Part shown: positions 16,573 to 24,140 of the stretch, piece after piece | How the letters are laid out: every line of letters starts with the position of its first letter | Numbering within the stretch: position 1 is the first letter of the stretch | IMG/VR virus record: IMGVR_UViG_3300014050_000113 | Span: 1 to 27,170 of that record | Strand: one strand, 5' to 3' | Source: a virus | Lineage: Duplodnaviria; Caudoviricetes | DNA length: 27,170 nucleotides | Program-made: the position numbers and the translations under genes | The notes under the pieces: generated by a model | The model's input: the letters and a program-made list of their open reading frames with translations, nothing else | The model's database searches: none | What the model was told of the DNA's origin: nothing

Positions 16573-17328
16573 TTATTTTGATCTCTCTTCGTAAGCCTTG
16601 TTGCTTATCGTGAAGTAGGTTCCGCAGTCATTGCACTGCATCTGCCTTTTCACCACTCCCTGTGCCGTTGTCTTGGTCTTGCTGATGTGGGTTCTGACCG
16701 ACTCGCAGTTTGGGCAATCTGCTCGTTCTCCACAATAGGCAACCGCATAGTTGAACTTGTGTGGGGCATAGGTTCGGAGTTCCTCATACACCTTTTCAAG
16801 GAGGATTACATCGCGCTTGCAATACTTGACCATTTTATCAAGGCTCTTTCTGCACTTGTCCAAGACGATGGCTTTCCATAGGTCAAATCCCCCTGTCTCC
16901 ATCTTGCCCCCAAATCCCAAGAACTTGGCGATATAGTCTAGCTTATTGCTATTGAGGTTGAATTGGCTTCGGGCTATCTTCAAGGTATCCAGCGTTGTGT
17001 AGCTGGGATACATTGGTATTCGATGGTAGAGGCATCGTGTCTTGATCCACTTGAGGTCAAAACGATCAGAATTGTGTCCTATAGCCTCATCTGCGCTATT
17101 TAGTATTTTTGAGAACGCAACAAGCATTTTCTTGTCGCAGTGACGGTGATCCCAAGTCAGGCTGTTTACCTTGTCTTCTCCCTCCCACTTCCAGCAGATA
17201 CAGATGATGGCCCTTTCTTCCAGAATGTTGTCATGGGGGATCGACACTTCATAGCCAGTCCTCCAAGAGAGGACTACGTTGGGACTGGTTTCAATGTCGA
17301 AGAACAGCCGCCGTCTGTTTGTTTTCAT
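16573..17328 (-). CDS. DEDD / RNase H-like 3'-5' exonuclease with C-terminal zinc ribbon (251 aa)
   Basis: ExoI FFDIETS, ExoII GHNSDRFD, ExoIII YCKRDV; CPNC...CNDC. Confidence 0.88.
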   Translation of the reverse strand: MKTNRRRLFFDIETSPNVVLSWRTGYEVSIPHDNILEERAIICICWKWEGEDKVNSLTWDHRHCDKKMLVAFSKILNSADEAIGHNSDRFDLKWIKTRCLYHRIPMYPSYTTLDTLKIARSQFNLNSNKLDYIAKFLGFGGKMETGGFDLWKAIVLDKCRKSLDKMVKYCKRDVILLEKVYEELRTYAPHKFNYAVAYCGERADCPNCESVRTHISKTKTTAQGVVKRQMQCNDCGTYFTISNKAYEERSK

Positions 17329-17333
17329 AAAGT

Positions 17334-17942
17334 TTATTCTAACCCACGAATCATGGCCAAGGTACGCACATATCCTATGGAATCAACCAAATTATCCTTG
17401 GTTGGCTTATTGAGGTCGCGGGCGATCTTTAGCAGAACCATCATCCATGCCACATCCTCTACGGAGATTGGGGATTCGGGGTTGAATCGATTGACCATGT
17501 AGGAGTTCCAGAGGTCGGCTATCCGCTTGAAGTTTTCCTTCGGATGGCCGTAGTTCTTCTGCCTGTCATTGGAAGTCAATCTTTTGGCCTCATCCAGTAT
17601 GGATTCTTTGCCCAATTCCGCCATTGAAGGGAACAGATAGACAGGCTTTCCTAGCCACTGCGCTACCGCCACCTCTGCCCTAGCTCCCTTGGAACCCTCC
17701 CATTCAGGGAGTAGAGCTATCCCATCACAGGTCATTACGGCGTCTAGATCGCGTTTTACGGCGTCTTTTAGGAATTCGTGATCCATCACCCCCTTGTGGG
17801 GATCAAGCCCCAGTTCTTCGTCCATCTTGGCAGGGTTGATAACTTCATATCCAATGGACATAAGATGGGTTTCGGCCTTAAAAAAAGCGGGGTGGTTGAG
17901 ATCAGCGTAGCCAGTCATGGGGCCGCAAAGGTAGAGCTTCAT
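17334..17942 (-). CDS. Fusion of a DUF4406 (nucleoside 2-deoxyribosyltransferase-like) domain and a DUF6378-like domain (202 aa)
   Basis: N-terminal YLCGPMTGY..LNHPAF...INPA...CDGIALLPEWEGSKGARAE; C-terminal ILDEA..L...DRQKNYGHP.ENF.RIA.LW...DVA.MM.LLKIAR...DN.VD..GY. Confidence 0.8.
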   Translation of the reverse strand: MKLYLCGPMTGYADLNHPAFFKAETHLMSIGYEVINPAKMDEELGLDPHKGVMDHEFLKDAVKRDLDAVMTCDGIALLPEWEGSKGARAEVAVAQWLGKPVYLFPSMAELGKESILDEAKRLTSNDRQKNYGHPKENFKRIADLWNSYMVNRFNPESPISVEDVAWMMVLLKIARDLNKPTKDNLVDSIGYVRTLAMIRGLE

Positions 17943-17951
17943 TGTGTGGGA

Positions 17952-18173
17952 TTAGTTGAAATTGATTCCGCGTTCAAGCATGGCGTCAGTTAAAATCTTA
18001 CGGATATCCTCGACTGTCTGCGAATGCCATTCTGGGTGAGAGGCGTATCTGAGGTGGTTACGGAGTTCTTGATCCAAATCTGTCAGTAGCGAGTACATGT
18101 CCCCAGCCTTGTTGGCCATCTCCCATTCAACGTGTTCCTCTGGGAGGTCGAAGGTAAGCTGTCCTTTAGCCAT
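17952..18173 (-). CDS. Hypothetical phage protein (73 aa)
   Basis: L.FDLPEE...DLDQELR..L.Y pattern; overlaps the upstream gene by 8 nt. Confidence 0.7.
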   Translation of the reverse strand: MAKGQLTFDLPEEHVEWEMANKAGDMYSLLTDLDQELRNHLRYASHPEWHSQTVEDIRKILTDAMLERGINFN

Positions 18174-18417
18174 TCTTGATTACCTTTTTTAGTTCTCCAT
18201 CATCCTCATCTTCATCTTCTTCCTGTCCGTAGAGTATATCATGGATGTTGGCTACTATCCCTTCAATCGTGTAGTCGTTTCCGAACTTAATAAATCCGTT
18301 CTTTGTCTTTCCCTCTTCGTGGAATGTCACTACAACCATCCCAGAGTCGAAATATTCGATCAATTCCTTGACAAGACGATCCAATACCTCCTGTGCTTTG
18401 GGGCAATGATCGGCCAT
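18166..18417 (-). CDS. Hypothetical acidic protein (83 aa)
   Basis: Tightly packed in the operon; acidic tail. Confidence 0.7.
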   Translation of the reverse strand: MADHCPKAQEVLDRLVKELIEYFDSGMVVVTFHEEGKTKNGFIKFGNDYTIEGIVANIHDILYGQEEDEDEDDGELKKVIKNG

Positions 18418-18420
18418 GGT

Positions 18421-18585
18421 TTACTGTTCCTCTCGGCAGTCTTTGCATATTCTCATTACTCCGACACCGTGAACCTGAATCTGTTCAATATTTTTTGATC
18501 CACAATACGCACAATCTTTTATTTGTGGTTTGTGGAATCGGCGTTTGGAGTTGTGTTTTTGTATGGGTTTGTTGCTACCGCTCAT
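18421..18585 (-). CDS. Small zinc-ribbon protein (54 aa)
   Basis: CAYC...CKDC. Start moved to ATG 18585, which overlaps the endolysin TGA. Confidence 0.65.
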   Translation of the reverse strand: MSGSNKPIQKHNSKRRFHKPQIKDCAYCGSKNIEQIQVHGVGVMRICKDCREEQ

Positions 18586-19100
18586 TTCAACTTTGAAGGA
18601 TGGATTCGGACATATGCCCTTGTCAACGAATTCTTTCGCGTCTTGAGCCACACCCCGTCTCCCGAATTACTCTCGCGATCTCCACGTTGATTCGTGTTGC
18701 CTTCGACACATAAAATCGATCCCTTGGTTGTGCCGACAACAATGCCAGTATGAGAGAAGTCAAATATGACAATATCCCCAACCTTCGCTTGTGCTGTCTC
18801 TGGCAATACCTCTGTGGTATCAGGGTGTTTCTTTGCCCATTCAATCAATCCAAAAGCTGCTGCTGTGCGGGGACGCCACTTTTCTGGAGTAAGAACCTTT
18901 AGGTTTAACCATTTAACAACTTCTGGATCTTTGAGCCATTCGCGAACACACCAACAAACCAGTCCTGAACACCACGGCCAAGCTGCTGGTTCCAAGTTGG
19001 TTGCCGATTGATACTCGCGGATTTTAGTCCCACGATTATTCCCGCCAACTTCCTTTACGCCAATTTGCGAACGGGCAATATCGGCAAGTTTCTCAATCAT
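18582..19100 (-). CDS. Endolysin, CHAP domain (about 172 aa)
   Basis: ARSQIGVKE, PWCSG (catalytic Cys), GDIVIF, SHTGIV (His), EGNT. Probable start ATG 19100 (MIEKL). Lies downstream of membrane-protein genes. Confidence 0.88.
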   Translation of the reverse strand: MIEKLADIARSQIGVKEVGGNNRGTKIREYQSATNLEPAAWPWCSGLVCWCVREWLKDPEVVKWLNLKVLTPEKWRPRTAAAFGLIEWAKKHPDTTEVLPETAQAKVGDIVIFDFSHTGIVVGTTKGSILCVEGNTNQRGDRESNSGDGVWLKTRKNSLTRAYVRIHPSKLK

Positions 19101-19138
19101 TGCTGGATTGCGAGCAGGTTTTTCCAATATCCCAATTC

Positions 19139-19315
19139 CTAAAAATCCGTTCCTCCTCTGATTCCCCCACTGACGGAAGTCTTTCCGCTATCCCCCCGCG
19201 AGATCCGCGCAAAGATCCTGATAGAACCAAGGAGACGCGAGAAGAAGTTTCTCCTATCTTTCGGGGTTGGTTTTGTAAATATGGATTTGATTGTTTCATT
19301 GGATAGGGGCTTCAC
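19139..19315 (-). CDS. Cationic amphipathic lysis-cassette peptide (58 aa)
   Basis: GTG 19315 overlaps the upstream TGA; RRNFFSRLLGSIRIFARISR. Confidence 0.6.
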   Translation of the reverse strand: MKPLSNETIKSIFTKPTPKDRRNFFSRLLGSIRIFARISRGDSGKTSVSGGIRGGTDF

Positions 19316-19659
19316 TTCTTCTTTTTTCGACTGCAAGCTGGCTTCTTTGCTTTCGGGATTTCAATGGCGCGGCGAACCTCCGTATAGGTAACGGGACCAG
19401 CAACACCGTCAACGTCCGTGTTAACCAACGCTTGGATCTTCTTGACCCCGACCACATTGGCGTTGTTTGTCACATAGTTAACAATAGAGATTAGTGCGGC
19501 TACAATGAATCCAGTCAGAGAAACTTGATCAATGGATTCGGCAAGCTTCGGGTCGATCATAGCCAAGCGGGCAACCACAGTAGCAACGCCGACCGCAATA
19601 ATTGGAGACAAAATGCCGCCTGCCTTGGAAACCAAGAATGCTAGGATTTTATCTTTCAT
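19312..19659 (-). CDS. Holin-like membrane protein with a C-terminal peptidoglycan-binding-like motif (115 aa)
   Basis: Two hydrophobic segments, then VKKIQALV..DVDGVAGPVT. Confidence 0.65.
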   Translation of the reverse strand: MKDKILAFLVSKAGGILSPIIAVGVATVVARLAMIDPKLAESIDQVSLTGFIVAALISIVNYVTNNANVVGVKKIQALVNTDVDGVAGPVTYTEVRRAIEIPKAKKPACSRKKKK

Positions 19660-19663
19660 GGAT

Positions 19664-19948
19664 CTACTCCTCCGACTTGATCTTCTGGACAGCCGACTCG
19701 ACAGTGAAACGAATCAATGACTCGGTGGCGTCGATTCCGTTACGGATAGCGGCAGATGTTAGCTTTTTAACGGCAGCTTCGCGCTTTTGCGCACCAGTTT
19801 TATCACTGGTGGCTAGTTCACGAACAATGTCCAAAGCCAAAGGAAGGAGCGAGGCAACGCCTTCAGCAATGAGTTGTTTGAGGATTGGAGCGTAGAAGTT
19901 CCAGATAATGGACGGGATTCCTGCAAGTTTTGCTAGAAATGATTTCAT
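19664..19948 (-). CDS. Putative holin-related protein (94 aa)
   Basis: Amphipathic N-terminus, then TGAQKREAAV...IRFTVESAVQK, which recalls LL-H-type holin C-termini. Lysis context. Confidence 0.55.
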   Translation of the reverse strand: MKSFLAKLAGIPSIIWNFYAPILKQLIAEGVASLLPLALDIVRELATSDKTGAQKREAAVKKLTSAAIRNGIDATESLIRFTVESAVQKIKSEE

Positions 19949-19962
19949 GGATAGAGGTTAAG

Positions 19963-20247
19963 TCAGAACCCTTTGGATTGCAAGTATTCTTCAATCCTTT
20001 GGGTGCGCTCATCGATTCGGGCCAATGTCTCGCTTCGGGATTGAGCGTCTCTTTGGATAACTTCAATCTTTGCATCCTGCTTTGCATCATTGTTTTGCAC
20101 AGACCGCATTTGTTCTGGGAGGACAATCCACCCATTGAGCGCCGAAAATAAGGTAACAATTAAAGCCACTCCAGCAATCAACTCACTCATCGTGAGCTTA
20201 ACTCCCCTCTCAAACCCCCTACGTCTTGCAACTTCTTCGATGCTCAT
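19963..20247 (-). CDS. Single-TM coiled-coil protein of the lysis cassette (94 aa)
   Basis: LIAGVALIVTLFSALNGWIVL followed by heptads ending LARIDERTQRIEEYL. Confidence 0.65.
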   Translation of the reverse strand: MSIEEVARRRGFERGVKLTMSELIAGVALIVTLFSALNGWIVLPEQMRSVQNNDAKQDAKIEVIQRDAQSRSETLARIDERTQRIEEYLQSKGF

Positions 20248-20639
20248 GATACTGCGGCCAAGGCTAATTGGTATTTTTCAGGAAGATCGATATAAAACCC
20301 AAGACGATCCGATATGTTTTGATCTCCACGAATGGCAGCTACGACAGAACCCAACCCCGTTTTCATATCATCGAATAGCAACCCATTATCACTGGATGCA
20401 GCCACCTTTCTGTAAATGGCATTTATGGAATAAATAATCGGTTGGGATATGTAGCTGGCTTCATCCAGCGGACATCCATAGGCAACTGCTATCTTTGCGT
20501 AAAGATAACGATCAGGAAGAGTGGCGTATTCACTGACCGATCCAGATCCCTTGACCTTGATAAGCCATCGGGCCAGTTGCTCCTTCTTGGGCAACGATAC
20601 TACTTCTGCGAATGCTGAATCAAATGCGGGTATGGCCAT
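20244..20639 (-). CDS. Hypothetical protein (131 aa)
   Basis: GGGGGA SD-like site upstream; ATGA overlap with the next gene. Confidence 0.7.
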   Translation of the reverse strand: MAIPAFDSAFAEVVSLPKKEQLARWLIKVKGSGSVSEYATLPDRYLYAKIAVAYGCPLDEASYISQPIIYSINAIYRKVAASSDNGLLFDDMKTGLGSVVAAIRGDQNISDRLGFYIDLPEKYQLALAAVS

Positions 20640-20668
20640 TCAAGTATCCCCCTAATTGGGAAGAGAAC

Positions 20669-20929
20669 TCAGGCCATTCCCATGATACGCTTGCCCATAC
20701 CGCGCATAGGAGCCTTCTCCATTTCGGAAGCGGCAGCTTCCTCTTCGGGTGTGGCGTTCTCGGCCATCTTTGACTCTTCGGTATCGTCTTCAGAAACAAT
20801 CTCCACTCCACCGATCATCGTTGGGACAAGGTATTCACCTTCGACCTTGAAGGTCACAAGCTCATCGAAGGTTCCGCCATCGGCAACGTCTTTGGGCAAT
20901 TCGTAATTTTCGGGTTTTTCAATTTTCAT
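20669..20929 (-). CDS. Hypothetical acidic protein (86 aa)
   Basis: Follows a clear promoter; downstream of the capsid gene. Confidence 0.7.
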   Translation of the reverse strand: MKIEKPENYELPKDVADGGTFDELVTFKVEGEYLVPTMIGGVEIVSEDDTEESKMAENATPEEEAAASEMEKAPMRGMGKRIMGMA

Positions 20930-20956
20930 AAAAATAATAAGGTTAGTTGTTCCAAT

Positions 20957-20985
20957 ATACTATTTTAAATAGATTCAATAGTCAA
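20957..20985 (-). promoter_or_regulatory. Sigma70-type promoter for the post-capsid/lysis operon
   Basis: TTGACT-17 nt-TAGTAT. Confidence 0.75.
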
Positions 20986-21191
20986 GCTGCATCCTTGAAA
21001 TATTGAGGAAAATATTCACGTTCTGCTTTTTCGCGAGCAGCTATTGCAGACTCAAGATTTGCAAATGTTCCAATATTCTTAATCTTGCCATCAATAGTAA
21101 TGGTTGCCTTCCATTTGTATTGATTGATTCTATCGAAGTCTTGTTCGTCTATAATTGCTGTGCCGTGTTTGAGTTGGATATATTTCTTGAT
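20982..21191 (-). pseudogene. HNH-AP2 endonuclease remnant: HNH core deleted in frame, start codon is ATC
   Basis: 69 open codons: IKKYIQLKHGTAIIDEQDFDRINQYKW-KATITIDGKIKNIGTFANLESAIAAREKAEREYFPQYFKDAA. This is the typical HNH-AP2 N-terminus joined directly to an AP2-like domain. AT-rich. Confidence 0.8.
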
Positions 21192-21196
21192 AAATA

Positions 21197-21230
21197 GTTA
21201 GGGCTGGCAGGATAACCTACCAGCCCCAAC
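21197..21230 (-). terminator. Strong hairpin after the capsid gene (terminator or mRNA stabiliser)
   Basis: GTTGGGGCTGGTAGG-TTAT-CCTGCCAGCCCTAAC, 15 bp with two G-U wobbles; weak U tail (TATTTAT). Confidence 0.7.
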
Positions 21231-21265
21231 TTGTTAAACCGTTTTCGGTTATTTATTAGCTAGGA

Positions 21266-22525
21266 TCACGAAAGATACCCGTATCCGCTCGAACTAGGGC
21301 AAGCGACGAGGTCGTTCGCCAAGTTGCAGCGCAAGTGGATGATGTAGTATCCCCACTGAGGGAAGATCTGCTTCACCGCACACGCCATCTTGGCACGCCA
21401 GTAACCCGAATTTTTGTCGGGGTTACAGGTCTTGTGATACTCGTTAACCCAGCGGAAGTCTCCGCGATAGTTCTGAGCATCATAGACCAGATTGCCGACT
21501 TTGATGTTCGGATTAGGAACGAGCCACTCCATGGCCTTCGGATGGAAGACAACCGTGGAGGTGTACTTCGCAGCCTTGTAGGCGGGGTTGATCACGTACT
21601 TCGTGCCTTTGGCCGCTCCGGTAGTAGCAACATACGGAGGAACCTCGACAAACGTGCCACCAGCACCATCGTTGAAGCGTTTCGGGAACGGACGGCTATG
21701 ATAGACGAATCCGGCATAGGACTGCTTGGGCAACAGCGAGGAGCCATTGGAACCAAGGAGGTCGCTCACACGATCACTCCAGCGAATGTCCTGACGGACA
21801 TCGTTGTTGAGTTTGATCAAGTTTTCAAGCGTGGCGCGTTCAGCGAAAACGTTGAACACGGGCGAACCGTCATCAGTGACTGCATCACCGTCATCGCCAG
21901 CGTTGTCCTGATAGAGGTTGTCGTAGATCTGACGGAGAACACCCGGAGTCAGGATGCTCGTAGGAGCACTCATTCCCGAGATGGTAGCCAGACCAGTGGT
22001 GGAATTGAACGTCACACCTGATGCAACGGAATCAAGTCCCGGTTCCACGCTGATTTTGGTGGAGTTGGCGAGGTAGTCGGCATCGTAACGCTCGACCCAC
22101 TCTTTGTTGACGTTGTCAGCGAGGATCTTGATGTAGTTGTTAACATCGTCAATCGGGAACGCCGAGGTGCGAACGTCTTCCAAGCAGATCCAGTTGGACT
22201 CAATCGCCTGATGGCGAAGGTTGAACTGTTTCTGGTCGAAGGCGTAGCCAACGGTTTTGATCGGGGGCAAGCAGGAATCGGCTTGCGTTCCATCATTAAC
22301 ACCAACGTCAGTCCATCCAGTGCCAGTGGCAACGGTGCGCTGAGAAATGGTGTTTTTGATAACGGTTCCCATGTTGTCGGGGAAAGCCGACTGGGTAACG
22401 AAACGGAGATAAGGATCTTTGTAAAGACCCAAACGGTAAGTGCCAAGAGCGATACGTCCAGTTTCCCGTTGGAAATTGTCGTTCAGCGTCTCGCACGTAA
22501 CTGAGCTATTTGCAGGCCAAGACAT
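21266..22525 (-). CDS. Major capsid protein (419 aa)
   Basis: Follows portal and scaffold. Size, C-ending codon bias, own promoter and 3' hairpin all fit a highly expressed capsid gene. Confidence 0.8.
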   Translation of the reverse strand: MSWPANSSVTCETLNDNFQRETGRIALGTYRLGLYKDPYLRFVTQSAFPDNMGTVIKNTISQRTVATGTGWTDVGVNDGTQADSCLPPIKTVGYAFDQKQFNLRHQAIESNWICLEDVRTSAFPIDDVNNYIKILADNVNKEWVERYDADYLANSTKISVEPGLDSVASGVTFNSTTGLATISGMSAPTSILTPGVLRQIYDNLYQDNAGDDGDAVTDDGSPVFNVFAERATLENLIKLNNDVRQDIRWSDRVSDLLGSNGSSLLPKQSYAGFVYHSRPFPKRFNDGAGGTFVEVPPYVATTGAAKGTKYVINPAYKAAKYTSTVVFHPKAMEWLVPNPNIKVGNLVYDAQNYRGDFRWVNEYHKTCNPDKNSGYWRAKMACAVKQIFPQWGYYIIHLRCNLANDLVACPSSSGYGYLS

Positions 22526-22567
22526 GGTATTGATTTCTTTCTATTTGGTTTATTAGGTTAGTTTTTT

Positions 22568-22695
22568 GAATAACGGGATTGCTCCCAGTATTCGGGTTGA
22601 GTTTCTGGGCCGCGACCAGAGATTGACGGCAACAAATTTTTAGAAGGCGCTACCCCGCCAGCATGGTGTCTGCGACCAACTCAGACTCAAGTCTT
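22568..22695 (-). ncRNA. Candidate structured 5' leader RNA of the capsid mRNA
   Basis: Three hairpins enclosed by GAGTT/AACTC, two carrying TGGTCGC, followed by a GCAA-tetraloop hairpin. Confidence 0.55.
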
Positions 22696-22701
22696 GATAG
22701 G

Positions 22702-22730
22702 AACCTATAACAAATCCTATTTTGTGTCAA
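22702..22730 (-). promoter_or_regulatory. Sigma70-type promoter for the capsid gene
   Basis: TTGACA-17 nt-TAGGTT, overlapped by CCTAT/ATAGG inverted repeats. Confidence 0.75.
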
Positions 22731-22738
22731 TAGGAAAA

Positions 22739-22808
22739 TTGCGGAGACAAGAATCGAACTTGCCAAACGTTTATGAGACAGTCGAACTCACCAGAGTTCT
22801 ACTCCGCG
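22739..22808 (-). tRNA. Initiator tRNA-Met(CAT)-like element, degenerate (70 nt, no encoded CCA)
   Basis: CGCGGAG TA GAAC TCTGGTGA GTTC G ACTGT CTCATAA ACGTT TG GCAAG TTCGATT CTTGT CTCCGCA A. Acceptor, D and T arms are intact; the anticodon stem is imperfect and the variable loop is short. Confidence 0.75.
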
Positions 22809-22810
22809 AT

Positions 22811-24130
22811 TTATCGACCCAAAATAGCCCTACCAAAGTTAGTGAAAACATCTGGATCTTCATCCTCTGTATCAACTTCCGCTTCGGTAGATCCACCAAG
22901 GCTTGGTGTAGCTTTGACAAATCCGTCAACTTGGGCTTGGAGTTCTTTGATCTTGGCGTCTTTTTGGGTTACCGTCTTCTCCAGTTGGGCGCTGTAGTGG
23001 GAGATGGCGCTCTCAAGGAATGGCACAACAGCCGCCCTAGCAAGGATGGCGCTACGATCTTCTACAGAGAGACGATCAAGATTTGTTTCGGATGCGGACT
23101 TTTTGGCGTTGCGAATGTGGCTATTCCACTCATCTTGGCCATCAACCTCTTGCAGGAAGTTGTAGCGGTCTTCAAGGCTTGTCCAAGTTTTGGCGGTAAA
23201 AGCCTTCTGTAGACGAAGGTCGTTTTCGATAAACTCTTGTTCAGCTTGCGCTTTGCGTGCGTTTTCGGCCTCTGCAAGGGATTCGGCTTCAGACTGAAAC
23301 CTTTGATGGTATTGGGCCAACTCATGGTATTTATCGGCTATTTTAACAATGGACAATTGCTCCATGCGCTTAAAGTCTCCAGTAAGATCCTCAAGAGAAT
23401 CAGTGCGCTTGCGGACATCGGGTTCGGTAATGGCCTGCCAGAGTTTGGAGAAATCGGCGTCATTGGCTTCTGCAATGGCCTGCAAATCTCCCTGAAGGCC
23501 AGCCAGAGGCTTTTTGATCTGCTCGACGTACTCTGGGCTACGCTCAAAGTTTGCCGTCTTTAATTCGCGGCCAAGTTCTGCCATGCGCGTTTTGTAGGAT
23601 TCAAGTTCCTCTTGGAGTGATTTGATGGTCTCCCCCTCATATTTGCCAACCTGTTCTTTGGTAGCCTCAAGTTCGGCCTTGAGACGATCCCGCTCTTCGC
23701 GGGCTTTTTTCATTTCATTTTTGATCTCTTTCCAGCTTGAGATCCCCTTTTCCGAGTCATCTCCTTCGGGAGCATCGGCAACCACCTTATCTTGAAAATG
23801 AGGGTTGATGGGAAGCTTGTCCTCAGGAGTAGATTCATTTGATTTCTCTTTAATCTTCTCTGAAGAGACTTCCTTGGTAATCGCTTCTACAACTTTTGAG
23901 GCTTCTTCTTTCGTGGCCTTGACCTTCTTTTCAGCTTTTGGCTCAACCTTTGGTTCTGGCTTTTTAGTTTCTGCTTTAGGGGTTTCCTCTTTATCGGGAG
24001 TAGCTTGCGTTTCTTGGGTAACTTCCTTCGTTTCATCAGTTGGAACTTGGGCGGATTCTGGCTTGCTGCCAAAAATGGAACCAGCAAAATCTGCATCACC
24101 AGTAAGAGCGGAGTTAAGGATATCGGCCAT
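22811..24130 (-). CDS. Capsid scaffolding protein (439 aa)
   Basis: Glu/Lys-rich disordered N-terminus, long coiled coils and a short C-terminal helix; lies between portal and capsid. Confidence 0.75.
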   Translation of the reverse strand: MADILNSALTGDADFAGSIFGSKPESAQVPTDETKEVTQETQATPDKEETPKAETKKPEPKVEPKAEKKVKATKEEASKVVEAITKEVSSEKIKEKSNESTPEDKLPINPHFQDKVVADAPEGDDSEKGISSWKEIKNEMKKAREERDRLKAELEATKEQVGKYEGETIKSLQEELESYKTRMAELGRELKTANFERSPEYVEQIKKPLAGLQGDLQAIAEANDADFSKLWQAITEPDVRKRTDSLEDLTGDFKRMEQLSIVKIADKYHELAQYHQRFQSEAESLAEAENARKAQAEQEFIENDLRLQKAFTAKTWTSLEDRYNFLQEVDGQDEWNSHIRNAKKSASETNLDRLSVEDRSAILARAAVVPFLESAISHYSAQLEKTVTQKDAKIKELQAQVDGFVKATPSLGGSTEAEVDTEDEDPDVFTNFGRAILGR

Positions 24131-24140
24131 AATTTATTTG

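Noticed and set aside
19093-19299. Overlapping 68-aa ORF as a nested o-spanin
   Set aside because: No signal peptide or lipobox; the other frame has the start/stop coupling.
20982-21268. Capsid readthrough or frameshift fusion to the AP2 remnant (T7 10B-like)
   Set aside because: TAG follows one codon after the capsid TGA, and a TAA lies three codons before the remnant's ATC.
21335-22021. 228-aa plus-strand ORF
   Set aside because: Antisense shadow of the codon-biased capsid gene.
22739-22808. tRNA as an attP/att site or prophage boundary
   Set aside because: No integrase, no duplicated 3' end and no host genes in the window; it sits inside the head module.
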